Positions 42,662 through 57,100 of a stretch of 64,000 nucleotides of DNA are shown here, in pieces. The translations under genes and the position numbers were made by a program. The stretch's first letter is position 1; each line of letters begins with the position of its first letter. Under the pieces are notes generated by a model, which worked only from the letters and a program-made list of their open reading frames with translations, ran no database searches and was not told the origin of the DNA. Source of the DNA: Tubulanus polymorphus (Eukaryota; Animalia; Nemertea); the NCBI RefSeq assembly GCF_964204645.1, contig NC_134028.1, positions 806,001 to 870,000 of the forward strand. Direction: 5' to 3'.

Positions 42662-42692
42662 TTAGTGTCTGTTTTGATTCTGAACATTTCGA

Positions 42693-42753
<61 letters not shown>

Positions 42754-45700
42754 GATGAGTATTAGCGGTTGGATTGTTGTCTCTTGCTTTCAAATCGATA
42801 GATGAGAACGTGTAGAGAATGGGGTTAATAGCCGAGTTGATGGGTAAGATAACTACAGCTACTACAGCTGCCCAGGTCGGGGCTATGAATATCCCACAAA
42901 CAGCCAATATACCCAGCACTATCACCGGTACCCAACATACTATTTGCGTCAGAAATATGGGCATCAACCTACGCGCCAGAAATAGTTCGGTCTCGTTGCA
43001 TCTTCCCGATGTCTGACGGGACTTCTTCACCGTGTTGTAAATGATGAGATAAGCGATGATGATTCCGACAGTGCAAACAGAGTTAAATACTACATATATA
43101 CCGAAGGAGTAACCCCAAGCCTTTACATCAATCGAGCGCAGGTTCACTGGTAAACACACTCCTGCCTGGCCGTAGAAATTAGTGAAATATCTCACCGGTA
43201 GGAGGGGTAATATGGCTATCATGAAACATAACGTCCAAACACCGGTTGATAACGCCAGCGACAACCGAATCGGAAACCACTCGCCAACTTTTAAGAAACA
43301 GAGTTTAATCGCTCGTTCAAGCGAAATCAATAACATGAATATTAATGAGCCTTCCGACGCGACCGTTATGAAAAAACCTGCTAATTTGCATAACGCCCCC
43401 TGGCGCCATTCTTCGGAATAGATCATATAGACGCCTTTATAGAAGAGATCGGCTGCAGCGATCAATATCAGATAAACACCCATCAATAAATCACCGATAG
43501 CTAAATTTATGGTGAAAATTATCGAAGCGCTTTTCTTTTTGTCGACAAGTCGCCAGACGATTACAAACGTGTTACCGACGAACGCAATAATGCCGACAAT
43601 CCAAACCATGACTCTGAGGAATCCACTGGCGATCAGGTCGTCACATGACGAAAATTCATCAGCTTCCGGTAAACAAGATTTAGTCTGAGGAGCTAGACAA
43701 CAGAATTTGAACGAATCGCTGACCAATTCAATCAGAGATTCGATTTTATTCAAACTATCGATTTCAACGTCAACGATCCAGTTTTGGCGGAGGTCGAGAC
43801 TCTCAAGATGAGGGAGACCAATAAACGTCAGTGCACTTAATGATTCCAGTTTATTTCTGCTGATATTTATAGAGGTGAGTTTGACCAGACCGCTGAATGC
43901 TTCATCGCCTATTGTACTGATTTCCAACTGTTCCAGATGTAGATTTTCAATCGAGACCAAACCTCGGAACGCGTTAGATGAAATAACAGCGAGTGGATTC
44001 CCGTCTAGGGAGAGATGTCGTAGATTAGTGAGTCCGTAGAACGTGCCTTCATACAGAGCATCGATCGCGTTAAAACTCACGTCCAGATAGAATAGATTAT
44101 GTAGAGCTGAAAACACCGATTTGAATAAGTTTTGGACGCGATTGAATGAAATATCTAACTTCCCTAAAAATCGATACTCGCTGAATAGATCTGTATTATT
44201 TGTAACATTGAGACTGATGTTTGAGAAGGAAAGGGTGCGAATTTCCGGATACAAATAACTAACGGTTTTACACGTGACGCTCAAACCAACACACTCGCAG
44301 CTGATTGGACATTCGCCCATATCGCAGAATATTTCATCGTCTCTCATTGGACAGTTCACCGTGACGTCACAAACCCGCGTATCAGTAACGCAGGAGTCCG
44401 AGCCTCTACATCTCAAACGACCTTGACACTTGTGCCGCTTACCGCAGTCGCGTTCGTCGTAGCCTGCGACGCAATCCCAAACACCGTTACAGACCTTATA
44501 GTAGGGAATACAATACGACGCGGGACATTTAAACATCGCCGGAGGACATTCGAAATCATCGCAATGCAGTAGATTCTCCATTCTATTACATACAGATTTA
44601 TTCAAAGCTCGCATTTCAAAAATGCAGCTCATTTCACGCGGGAAACATTGAGGCGAGGTGGACGAGCATCTTATATCAGTGGTCGCATTCAGACAGGTGC
44701 CGGAGTTATTGATAGAATTAGATTCATCTTCACCAGTCACACCGGGACAATCTACGATACTGTCATTCACCAGATCTGAGTGGATACAATCACCGTTAAA
44801 ACACTGGAAACCTTTACAACGGTTGAACAGCCCGCATCCGCGCTCATCAGAACCATCAAAACAATCGACTAAACCATCACAGAACTTAGTCTCACTGATA
44901 CACTGCTCGTTCGTACACCGGAACTCGTCCGGGTCGCAGTCCGGATACTTACAACTGTATTCGTCACTTCCGTCAGCGCAGTCGGTCACGTGATCACAGT
45001 AGGATGAGATAGAGATGCATTGCGTACCGGAATCACAGTTAAACTGATTCCAACCACAAGTGCAGTTTAATTCATCCTCACCGGACGGACAATCAGCCAC
45101 CGAATCACAAACTCGTATATTCAAAACACAAGAACCGTCGTCACATTCGAACTGATTTTGGGAATCGCATTTTAGTATCAGGGAGTCCACGTGGTCTTCG
45201 CAAAGGACGCCGGTTATTTTGGGCATGGATTCATCGCCGCAAGCGCCGCGATAAACAATTCCCGTAGCGGCTCCTTGTGATAGTACAATACATCCACCGT
45301 TAGAATCATTGCTGAAAGCTACAACATTGCCATCAACTTTCAACGTTAAGAATAGATTGACCAGTTGTGAAATATCGCTGATGATGGATATATTCGCCAC
45401 GGAGCCACCGAGACCTCGACAGACATTAGAGAAATTACGATCAGGATTCGTGATAGAGAAAACATTGAGACAACGAGAAACACTGAAAATCCAGCCGGGT
45501 TTACAAGCGAATATATCAGTCGAGAGGGAGGAGTTATCAGTGATAGTTTGATTGACGTCGGTATTTGGAACGACATCGAGTTTACAAAATAAAGCAGTTT
45601 TGATTTTATATTCGCACGGAAACATGGCCCAGTTGGCTTTACCGTACGGGGTAGACAACTGCATAATCGAACAAACAGTGGAATCATCACGAACTGGTTG

Positions 45701-48700
45701 ATACCTCTTCACAGGCACGAAACTCGTCAGTCCTGGGTGAAGGGTCTCGTTAAATGTTGGCTGATACCATTCAGTGTAAGACAGTGGACTTCCATCAGAC
45801 CAGATAAAACGCTTCAACTATAAATATACAAACACATTGAACTATACAATGGTTTCTTTATGATCAGGAGGCGGGCGGCTCCGGGGTAGCCTATACCATT
45901 TAAATCAATGAAAATGAACAGAATTTAACTGAGAGTTGTTGATAAATCTTACTGGAAACTGGGTTGTTTGGGGCAACTCCGTGAAATGGTCTAAAGTTTC
46001 TAACACGTATCATGTCTTGTATCACTTTGTTTCACGCGTATTCTATGAAGAGACACCTCAGCTGATACTGACCTGTTTCTCATATCTAAGACCGATGTAT
46101 ATAAGTGGTATATGTAGCCGGTATAGTTGGTTGATCCAGTGTCGGGTGAGTAGATATTTGAATCGTTCAGATTGAGAACGGGATGTTATACTCATTAGTT
46201 CACCGCGACTGTCGTTATTACGACAAAGTTCCATCGCTGAAGTCCACGAAATGTTGCCAGTTGTTTCTATGAATGCGATGCATTCGTTTCGCTCAAACCG
46301 CTGATAACCGTCTGGGCAAATGTCACTTTTTACATCTTCGTTATCTTTCTTGCGATGTTTTTCGTAATTGATAATGACGTCTTGTTCGCGGTGAAAATTA
46401 TTCAATCTGATTTCGAGGGTTGAATGAGCGAACGGTATCGTGTGCAACACAGCGCCCTCTTTCGCCTTTCCGCAAAACCTTCGGCGATGAATGACGTCAT
46501 CAACTACGTATTCACTGAGTTGCACGAACGAGTCCTCACACTTTCCCAATACGAATTTAACGATGTTGAATTTGTAGTAGAATTCCGAGTAGGAATCCCA
46601 GATTTCCATAAACGACATCGAGAAAATGTAGTAGCATGTTTCGGGTGACTGGCCATACGTTCTGGATATGATGCCACAGTTTTCAGTATCTATGATGAAG
46701 CCTGCCCAACCACCCGGACTACTCCCGCATTTCTACAATAGAAATTTAAGAATTTTCAAAATGTCAGATTAAAGAGTTGCAAGATGGCGCACGATCGATA
46801 CATACTGGTTTTATTCGTAGTGAATATATTTCGATGAAATTTGAACTGGTATTTTATAGGCTCCCAAATCAAAATATCATAAAACAAGTCATTGAACAGA
46901 CAAACGAATTGACTTTCTCACTCCCAGTGTATGGTATAGATTTAACTGTTAATTTGTATTGAAAAAATTTTATTAGGATTCAACTGACATATTGAAGAAA
47001 TTGAGCGCTACCACTAGCGCACCTGGTGGATCCACACTCGCCACAGTAGCATCTTTTACTTACCATTTCAAGTGAGCATTTATTACGTAGTTCAAATTCC
47101 CATTGGCCATATTTGGTAAGACAGGATTTCTGATCGAGAGTCGCGTAGGATAATTCAGTAAGGTTGCCACCAGGGGTCGCTGGGCTGCTGCATCGTGTAC
47201 TATTATGCGGCCACAGTTCGGAACAATCCAAGCGTCTTAACGTCCCGTGGGAACTATACTGGCATTCACCTAAACTATTGCATAAACAAGCTGTAAAACT
47301 CGTGTAGGATGAGCCGCAATGGAGAGAACTTCGAACCGCTGTTAGTTCTAACCCTGATTTATTGTCGAACGCCAGTTTAATTAGAGATTGATTTCTGGGT
47401 GGTGGATGGGTAGTGAGGTGTATGTTCTGTATTCTATAACAGCTTTGTCCCGCCTCCATATTTACAATGACGTCTTGTTCAGTTTCCGATGTAGTTAGGA
47501 ATATACCTTTACAAGGAACTGTTTTGTGTTTTATTTCAAAACTACTTTTGTATCGGTAAGAATAGATAAAAATGATCACGGAGTTATAAGATGACGTCAT
47601 TTTCAGTTGAGGCAAACCTTCGTGCGCATTAGCGGCACAAAATGGACCTAAAGCTGTCGCGCTGGAGTTCACGTCTGCACCGTCGATGACGTAGGCGCCG
47701 ATCTGTTCGCATGGTTTACTAAGGGTCGATTCCGGTTGAAAACTCAAAGCTACATCTACAAAATAACTGGGATGTTTTGCGTGTATTGCGATAGCGCAGA
47801 GGGTAAAGTCGTTCTTCTCACAATTACCGATAGACCCGAGTCCATCATAGAATCCACATGAACACGAAAAGGGCTTCTGATTTGTGACAGAAAATGATCC
47901 GTGTTGTTTCCTCCAACCTATCGACACAATTATTCCGGTATCGGACACGTTTCCGATCCGATTCAGCGGGACTCTGAACGCGACCAAAACCCGAAATCCT
48001 TCAGTTTTAGATGTACCATTCAGTGATTGGAGAAGCATATTTTTTGTAGCAAACAAAGACGGCGAAATTTCAACATCAAACTCGCTGAAGTGTAAACTAG
48101 TCTGGGTCGGGTCTACTTCAATAGATGTGCGCCATGATAGTTCGAAATTCTCTCTCACATCTGCGTGCAGGATGAATCCATACATGGCATGGGCGTCAGT
48201 TATTATATCCGGCATCAGATTCGCTGTGAAATCAAAATGATCAGAGACATGCGTGTCTACAGAACGGATTGTCTGACGAACTGTCGTAAACATCCACTTG
48301 TTACTGGGGATATCAGTTATCAGTATAGAGATATCAACACCGTGTTCACTACACAGCGGAAAAAAGGTAAATTCTAACGAAATATAATCTGCCACGACAC
48401 TCCACGGCTTTCTGATACCAGTAAACTGTCCGATTTCTGTACCATTAGCCGCAGTTAGTACTAGTACATTCATATTGACAGACATTTCTCTGGGTATTGG
48501 ACACAGTAGAAAACGTAGAAATGTGATATTCAACGAGTTCAACGATTCGAAAGGGCGTAGCTCAGCTTTATAGACGAGCACGTCTTTTGTTATGAGATGA
48601 TGGATATCGATATAATGCGGTCCAACTTCGATATCTCTGTGAATTTCTTCGTGAAATATCTGAAATGTGTTTCGCACGAACTCGACGAGTATAATAAATC

Positions 48701-49085
48701 TTGATTTCGAGGACGAGCGAAATATGACGTCATAACGCGTCATGAAAGCCACGCTCGACGTCACTTCCGTTTCTGTGTCGTTACCGATTATCTTACGCAG
48801 GGAGTTTGAACGATCGTTTTTAGCGCCGCCGTAATCATCATTAATGTTAATTTTTACTCTCAATCCATGTGTCGTATTTGAGTTGATTTTCCAAACGCAT
48901 TCGACATCGTCGCGTTCAGCAGTTTCGGGTTTAGACTGCAGTAACACCGCCGGTTGAATCAGCCTACTAACCATTAACACTTTACCGTCGCATAAATCGA
49001 TTTCTGTTTTGTTATTGACTGATAGTGCAGGATCGGCAGATGGACCACACGTCTGTTCTACTTTACCTTCATTATTACACGATAC

Positions 49086-49127
<42 letters not shown>

Positions 49128-49157
49128 TAGCGACAACAGCCGCATCGGTAGTTTCAT
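42662..49157 (-). CDS. GRL101-type LDLa/LRR G-protein-coupled receptor with extended CUB-like and C-type lectin ectodomain (~1994 aa)
   Basis: Three phase-0 coding exons: 49157-46989, 46732-46073, 45817-42662. Poly-Leu signal peptide; CUB-like segments; CTLD (CPDGYQRF..C..SWTSAMELC..IYIGL..FIWSDGSPLSYTEW..C..WAMFPC..LFC); 6 LDLa modules plus 1 atypical Cys module; LRRNT and LRRs; hinge FKFCC..DEFSSCDDL; 7TM (NLAIGDLLMGVYL, SLER, PINSAINPILY). Probable non-coding first exon with donor at ~49946. Confidence 0.92.
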
Positions 49158-51196
49158 CACCTGGAATAAAATCATTCATTCTAACGCCTTTATTTAATCT
49201 GGTTCTATAACATATATGGATGAAAAAATCATTCAAACAGAAAACATAAAATCTATCAGAAAATGTACCATTCAATGATCGGAAAAGAGAAGCATATGTC
49301 AGAAAAGAAATCTAATCGATTTGTGTTTCGTATTTCAATTTTCATGGTTTCAATTCGATTATTTCATTTGATTCAGTTAAATGATTGTGAAAATTCATGT
49401 TAATATCACGGAAGAGCATCATAGACATAGATGATTTCTTTTCAAAGCGGATATTTCGATTGTAACAAAGATCAGGTCCGACTTAATCGGAGCAAAATTG
49501 TTGACGATATAAACATGATTGGAAAACAAAATGTTTCAATACTTCATTTGCTTTATTTCTAAATTGTAACTGCGCAAATATTGTATTGTACGCTTATTGT
49601 ATTTTGTTTAAGAGTTGTAAGGACTTAGAATTCGAAATGAAATACATCATTAATTATCAATCGTCAAATCTCGAATAAACCTCGAAAATTAATTGCAGGC
49701 ATCTGCTGCAATAGTTCGAGGTAACATGAGTCCAGCGCTCGCAGTTGGTTCACTGGTTTAACTATATAAAACTATATAGTTTCACGTCCCGCTAAGACAA
49801 TACTTTTTTTCTGAAATACTTGTTTGCTTGATACTTCATAAAATTCTTTTACCCAGCACATCCAGCACCCCCAGCACATCCAGCCACTCCACTGGTTCCG
49901 ACCCCGGATTGTCATCACGACATACAATATCTCTTATTTTACTTACCCTCGATTCTGTGATTTTATCGATGACCTCGATGAAGCATCTCTGACAGATCTG
50001 AGCAAAACTCTTTGAAGTCGAGCGAATTTAAAGCGTGAAAGCGAAATCTTATAATTACCAATTATCCAACAACAGCACGAGCGCGTGCGAAACCTTAACT
50101 TATAACAGCATCATTAGCATCAGTTTCATGACGAAATTAGAAACATGAAAACCGCTAAAAACAGGTTCTGTATCTTTAAGTGGAAGCAAAACCGCAAACT
50201 GATTATGATTATTAACTCGAAGAAACAAAACTCAATAATGATGAATCATTGTCTTTATTCGGAAACTAGAGACAATAATTGCGCGAATTTACCAACCGTA
50301 AACGTGGTGTTTAGATCTAATTATATACAAGCATAAATATACACGTTAATTTATTTAGTTAAATTTTCACAGCAATAAAAAACCATATCTTATTAAATAA
50401 CTTGGTTTTAACTTTAGTAGGCTATTCCTGTAGATGAAAATTACGATAAATTCGAAAGGTCGAGTAAAAAATCAGCTCAAGGAAGTATTTCTAACTCATT
50501 CCTATCTCTTATTGTGGGATTTTATAACAGGTCGACTCAGGGTAAACAACTCCTAGAGGCCAAAATATTCAAAACATATTTGATGAAATTGAAACAGTAT
50601 TCGGCATGTTTATGTGAATTGCTTATTCGTGCCGTTCCTCTATTTCAGTGGTGCAAGGATTTACTTAATAATTTGAAAGAGTTCGTGTCACAGGTTGAAA
50701 CAGTAGAAATTCTAACATTGTATTCTGTATTTGCACGTACTCGGTCAGTGTGTTCAGTCTGACCGGTCATAACTGCACATAGAGTTCATAACTCGAGTTT
50801 TTACACCACCCGCAGTTCTAGACATTTTTACCCGGTTAATAGTTTTTTAATGTCCGCGGATTGACGCGCTTCTGACCAGTGACAGTAGCCTGTGTAAATA
50901 TGTAAATAAGAATTCGAATATTGTTTTGTTTTCGATGCGTGGATTGCGGTGCACAGGTTGTACGTGTATACGGGGCACTTTGCGAGAATATTCACCAGCA
51001 TTTCAAACATCTGTTCCGCGACCATTATTTATTCAATTCAAGTCTAGTGATGATACACACAACATACCGAATCATAAAACTATAACATACATGGATATTT
51101 CAGACTAATAACCGACAGGATTTCAAAAGCAAATAGTTATAGAATTTGTTGTTGTTTTTCTAAGAAAATCGAATAGTGAATTTAACTATAAACAGG

Positions 51197-54100
51197 ATGC
51201 CTGTTGACCAAGTGTTTATGGGAGTTGGTCAAACTCCAGGGCTGGAAATCTGGCGCATTGAGGTAAAATATGTTCTCTTCCAGCGGTTTTATAATTAAAC
51301 GGTTACGGCTATTCTTGTACATATAACACTTGGGTCCAGTGCCTTGCTATTTGAAAGTACAGTCCTCAAGGCCCGCAGTAGATCTCACATTTAACGTATA
51401 TCTATCATTTATTCAGAATTGTGAAAATAGCTTTAAAAATAGATTAATATTATCGAGATATTTCAGACAGATGACAGATAATTTCCGATGTAATGAAACT
51501 CACAGGGATCTATTCCCTTTATTGTCCATTCAATAAAATTGATGATGATATCTATAACCGTTCTTCTTTCGGTTACATCTGTGTTTTATAGATAAATCAA
51601 TACATTAATGGGCAGGTATGATATTACATATGAGACTGACGGACGAGTTGTGTAGCAGGTGGTCGGGTATTTGAAATATCAAATATATATCAGTGTTTAC
51701 TGTATAAAATAGAGAATTGCACCTCAAATGTGTTCATAAAATCATTGTTACCCCTGAATTGCCAGAAATACATCAATGGCGTATATATTTTATATATTTT
51801 TAAAAAACATGGCCTCTCTCTAAACTATCCTTGAATACGGGATCTACTGCATGCTAAACCAAAAACACAGCTCTTCCGAACCAAAAATACGTAAGACTAG
51901 CCCGTCGTCAGGTAACCCTCACCCACAGCCAACCCACAGCCCACATAACCCTAACCCTAGATTCGAACCCGGGTCGCTTGTGTGCCAGCCGAGCATGCTT
52001 ACCACTAAACCACAGAGCTGTGGTGATTGAACGGGTTTGTAAATTTGTCTGATCAGTGTGGTGACCATTTGGCTGTGGTGACCAGTCAGGTGTGGTCTAA
52101 CAATACCAACTGTCATTCTCTGATTATTTGAAGGGTTTATCAATCATTTTCAAGCACCCTCCTGCGCCACAATATAAAGACTATTTCAGTCGGAAGATAA
52201 AACCAATTAGAATTCATTTTCTTATTTTCAGAAACTGAAAGTCGTTCCAGTCGATCAGAATCAGTACGGCGAATTCTACAGCGGTGATTCCTATATAGTT
52301 TTAAGTGTAAGTGCAGTGTATATCACATATTTCTGATGATCAATCCACGTTTTGTAAAAGTTTCAAAAACATTCTATCGACAGCATGCTTGTGTGTGCGT
52401 CAGTTTCAATTACAAACTCTATATAAAAACCTGGTGCCAGTTTTAATAGATCAGTTAGACAATATTAACCCCATCAGTTAACTGTGATAGATCAGTTAGA
52501 CAATTAACCCCATCAGTTAACTCTGATAGATCAGTTACACAATTAACTCTAGTAGACGAATTAACCGCAGGGTGAAAGATAAAACCGGTTTACTATAGAT
52601 GTGGTGCATATTACGGAAAATAAACGTTGTGTTGATCTATTATTGAAGATATATTTGATAACGGTTATGATTTCTATTGACATCAAATCAGGGAAAGTAT
52701 TTAAAATCGGTGTCGAATTTCATGGCGATCGATCGACTGGAGTGTCATAGTGAAGTCAAATAACCTGATTAAACCTTCCTTCCTTCAACCTATGACCTAT
52801 CGATGACCTTGAGACGGGTGTTACGCGGGTCAAGGAAATTCCGGGTCATATAGACTTTAAACTCCATACAAGGCTTAGTCCTAACTTTTATGATTTTTAT
52901 TGTTTTTTCTTCCAGACGGTTAAACCACCGAAATCGTCCGCGCTCAAGTGGGATCTTCATTTTTGGTTGGGTAAAGAAACGTCTCAGGTCAGTAGATTTT
53001 TAGTTCAGTTAGACATTGAATTAGATCTTGTTTTATGTGAAGTCGACTGTTTGAATACAAATAGTTGCTTTTGGTTGTTACTTCATGCATTCAGCGACGA
53101 TTACGATTCAGATTTCAATGTTTTGAGCTTAAACTTTTTCATAAAACTGCACCCTGTATAGACACAATCCTTAATATTGTTTTAATTACAATCAATGCTT
53201 TAGGATTCGATGATAATTTTCAGGATGAAGCTGGAGTTGCAGCTTATAAAACTGTTGAACTCGATGATAGTCTCGGTGGAGGACCAGTTCAACATCGTGA
53301 GGTAGGTGTAGGCTACGTTCACCGTATAAGAGCCCAATAATATTCACTGTGTTCTACACATATTGTGAATGATAATCCTCGAATAAAACCAGTGACAGTT
53401 CTGTTCAAGTGATAAATCAATTGTAGTATTCAATAAGCTCAGTTGTTCACAGTTATTAGTATGAAAGCACAGATACATACAGTTAAACTGGGATATAATC
53501 ACTCTATGTTCCAATGTATATTAACATCAAAATGTAAACTCGTATTTCTTCTAATGCTCGAAATTAGAATTTTTATACGTGAATGAAATTATTATATTTT
53601 TCTTCTTATTAACTGTAGGTTCAAGACCACGAATCCAGTTTGTTTCTTTCATATTTCAAGAAAGGAATTAGGTACGTTTTAATAATAGATATCTACAGAA
53701 ATAAGGAAGACGTCGTGTTGATTGAGTCAAAAATGTTGTAGAGTTTCACATTGACATTTTACGATGAATAATGTGTATTTGATACTGTGGCAGATATTTG
53801 GAGGGTGGAATTGAATCCGGATTCAGAAAAGTGGAAAGAGGAAAATACGAAAAACGTCTGCTTCACGTGAAAGGAAAACGTAACGTGCGAGTCACGCAGG
53901 TATGTGTGCGTGTCACGCACACCGATAAAATAAATCCGATATGAAAATCATAAGACCGATACCTGCGAAAAACATCCCACAATAACAAAAAAACAAGTTA
54001 AAATGTAGCAGAAAATTTTGCAATTCTAAAATAGATACTATTCATTAGAATTTTTGTTACATTTTACAACAAACAAATTTGGTATTTTGTAATACGTAGA

Positions 54101-57100
54101 ATGTGATAAATACATTTCGTAGTAAATTCTTTTTGGAAACAGTGCGCAGCATTAATCGAACCTTTTAAAAAATCAATATCTCGCTGTTTTCTACATAAGG
54201 TTGAACTACACGTGAATTCTCTAAACGACGGAGATGTTTTTGTTTTGGACGACGGCGAGAAAATATTCGTCTGGACCGGAAACGAGAGCAGCATCAAAGA
54301 GAGAATGAAGGTGAAGGTCACGGATAAATATTTTTGCCTCGAATTGAATTAATTTTAACTGGTTGAATATTTTTGTGTGTAGGGTATGGAAGTAGCTAGA
54401 CAGATCAGGGATGAGGAAAGAGGTGGTAAAGCCCAAGTTATTGTAGTCGGTAAGTTTTAAAGAACTTAAATCGTATGTCTGAAGAGTTCAAGTAGATTTA
54501 AGACATAAGTCATACAGTTTGGAACTTAGCCTGTATAATTGGTAATCGAAGGGTCCTACTTAAACCGTGAAGTTAAAACTGTGTCTAGTAAAACCCATGT
54601 TAAAAAAGTTGAAACTGGTGTATGAAACCAGTTTCAACAAGTTGTCGTTTAATTTTCAACTCTGTCAGTTGAGATTAGTTTATTTTCGATGTTTTAGCGA
54701 AGTCAAACGACGTAACTGAATCCAGGTGTTTCAATGTAAAGCTAATCTCAATATCGACGTATACATTTTTTTGTATATTTTTTCTAGAACCGAAACAATC
54801 GACGTATCACGCGGGTTTCTTCAGAGCTCTGGGTTCGGAGGGTCCGATAAAATCAGCAGCAGAAGGAGGCGACGATTCCGAGTTCGAATCCAATCTGTCT
54901 AGAGATATTAGATTATACAGGTCGGTATAGGGCAGTAGACACTGTTCCTTTCAAAAAAATATCATGTAAACAAAGTTTGAAACAAGTCTAAAATACCTAA
55001 TGTAAAATCGATGGCAATAATCACTTTGATGAACAACGATTATGATTATTCTATATGTTCATGGACTCCGACTCAAGTCTGTCATTCAGTCTATGAATCA
55101 ATTGATATATTCACTAATTCTAGAGTCAGTGACGCTAGCGGTGAATTAGAAATCAATCTGGTCGGTGAAAAGGTCATAAAACAAGAAATGTTAGATACCT
55201 ACGTGAGTTGGACAGCATTGCCGGATGACGGTTACTGTTAGCCTGTAAAACATTAATCTTATAACAGATTTTAAGATGAATGTTTGTTTTAATTGTTAGG
55301 ATTGTTTTATATTGGAAGCTGGACGAGCCGGTCTGTTTGTATGGGTGGGAAAAGGCTGTACAGATTATGAAAAGAAAAGTGCCTGGTCGAGGGCGTTGGT
55401 AAGTATTTTGCTATCGCTCGCTTGTCACAGCGGCGACGGCGAATCTTACTTGTAGTGATTCAGTTTCGTCTCGGAGAAAATTAGATTAATTTTGCCATTT
55501 TGTCCTCTGTAAGGCACTCCTTGAATCGGTACGTAAACAAAAAAAAATATTTCTTAAACTAACAAACTTTTGACATTTATGTATATTTTTTGTAAAGATT
55601 TGTCTTTAATTTGTGACGCGTGAACATCTTAACGTCTGTTTCAGATTAGTTTTTCTAACAATGAAAATTCTATTATTCAAAACATCTTATATATTATATC
55701 ACACATTGTAGATTTTCAATCTAACCAAAAGCAACGTTAAATACAATATAGTCCACTCTGTGACATTGTAACTTTGTAACACTGTAACTATAACATTGGA
55801 ACCAAATTAAAACGTAATGCGGTAACATTATTGGTGTCATGATTTTAATTGCCCTTTTCATTTGGTCAAAGATCGTTAAAACCTCCAAATCTAACCTTCG
55901 TCCTTCCGAAAATTGCATATTTTGGATGTTTAAAAAAACATCAAGTAACAAGGGTGGGGGCCCAGTAGCCTATGAAACGGTCTGAAAAATACCTTTTATT
56001 TTTTTCGGGACCCCGGTCTCCCAAATTTCCTAGATCCGCCCCTGTATTGGTTTCCACATTGGAATCTTTACCAAAAATAATCTATGATGTTATATTTATT
56101 ATCTACCAATTTTACATGTATCAGGTTCTCGATTATTTCAATAGGGATTTCTAGAAGAGAAAGGCTATCCTAATTGGACTAAAGTAACTCGTGTTGTCGA
56201 AGAAGGTGAAACTCCTTTGTTTAAACAATGTTTTACGGGTTGGAGAGATAAGAACGTAGTTAACGGTTTCGGTAGCGCTCAGAAGAGTAATATCGCCAGT
56301 ACGTATTTCATTTATCAAATCATTCTTAACCGAGATTTAAAAGCGTCTTATAAAAGCGTATTATATTTCAATTGATAGAGGTGAAAAGAGAGAAGTTTAA
56401 CGCCACTAAGATGCACACCGTTAGTGTGGAAGAAAAACAAAGACTTCCCGATGACGGGACCGGTCGTTTACAGGTATATCTAGTTTCATTTCAAATATAT
56501 TTTAAATATCAAAAAGAAGACAGAATTCTGCAGTATTATGCCCCGGTCAAACAAGCTGGCTACGGGAGATATACCACGTTAGATACATTACCTATAACTT
56601 GTCGTGAACCCCGTAGAGTTAGTTGGACAGGTTTTACAGCTTAAATACAACATTTCAGCGCCGATATTCATTTAAGGGTTAGTTATGATATTATTTACAG
56701 ATCTGGCGCGTGGAAAACTTTAATTTAGTTGCAGTACCGGAGGAAATGTATGGTATATTTTTCGGCGGAGATAGTTACGTGGTGCTGTACACGTACACTC
56801 GGTCAGGAAAGGAAGAAAATATCATATATTTCTGGCAGGTATGACCTATAAATGTACTTTGATCGAAAGTATGGTCAAGAGCCCAGTTGCATCCCGAAGT
56901 CAAAAAATGTCTTGAACAACAAACTCTACATTTTTTTAAATTCATTTTGTTTCTTCATTTTTTATTCGCAGGGATTAAAAAGTTCGACCGATGAAACGGC
57001 ATCGTCAGCGATGTTGGCTTCAAACATGAATGATAAATATTTTGACGGTAACTCACAAATGGTTAGTAAAATCCACCTCTAACCGTGTCGTTTAAAGAGG

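Noticed and set aside
40754-42687. Regular repeat arrays as possible CRISPR arrays or repeat proteins
   Set aside because: They are head-to-tail units with no unique spacers and no cas genes, in a eukaryotic context; the ORFs merely follow the repeat period.
49947-50030. Upstream coding exon for the GRL101-like gene
   Set aside because: The frame that would join exon 2 has no ATG before an upstream stop; it is at most a 5'UTR exon with a 7-codon uORF.
51950-52020. Functional tRNA gene
   Set aside because: A- and B-boxes are present but the acceptor and anticodon stems do not pair; treated as a SINE head or pseudogene.
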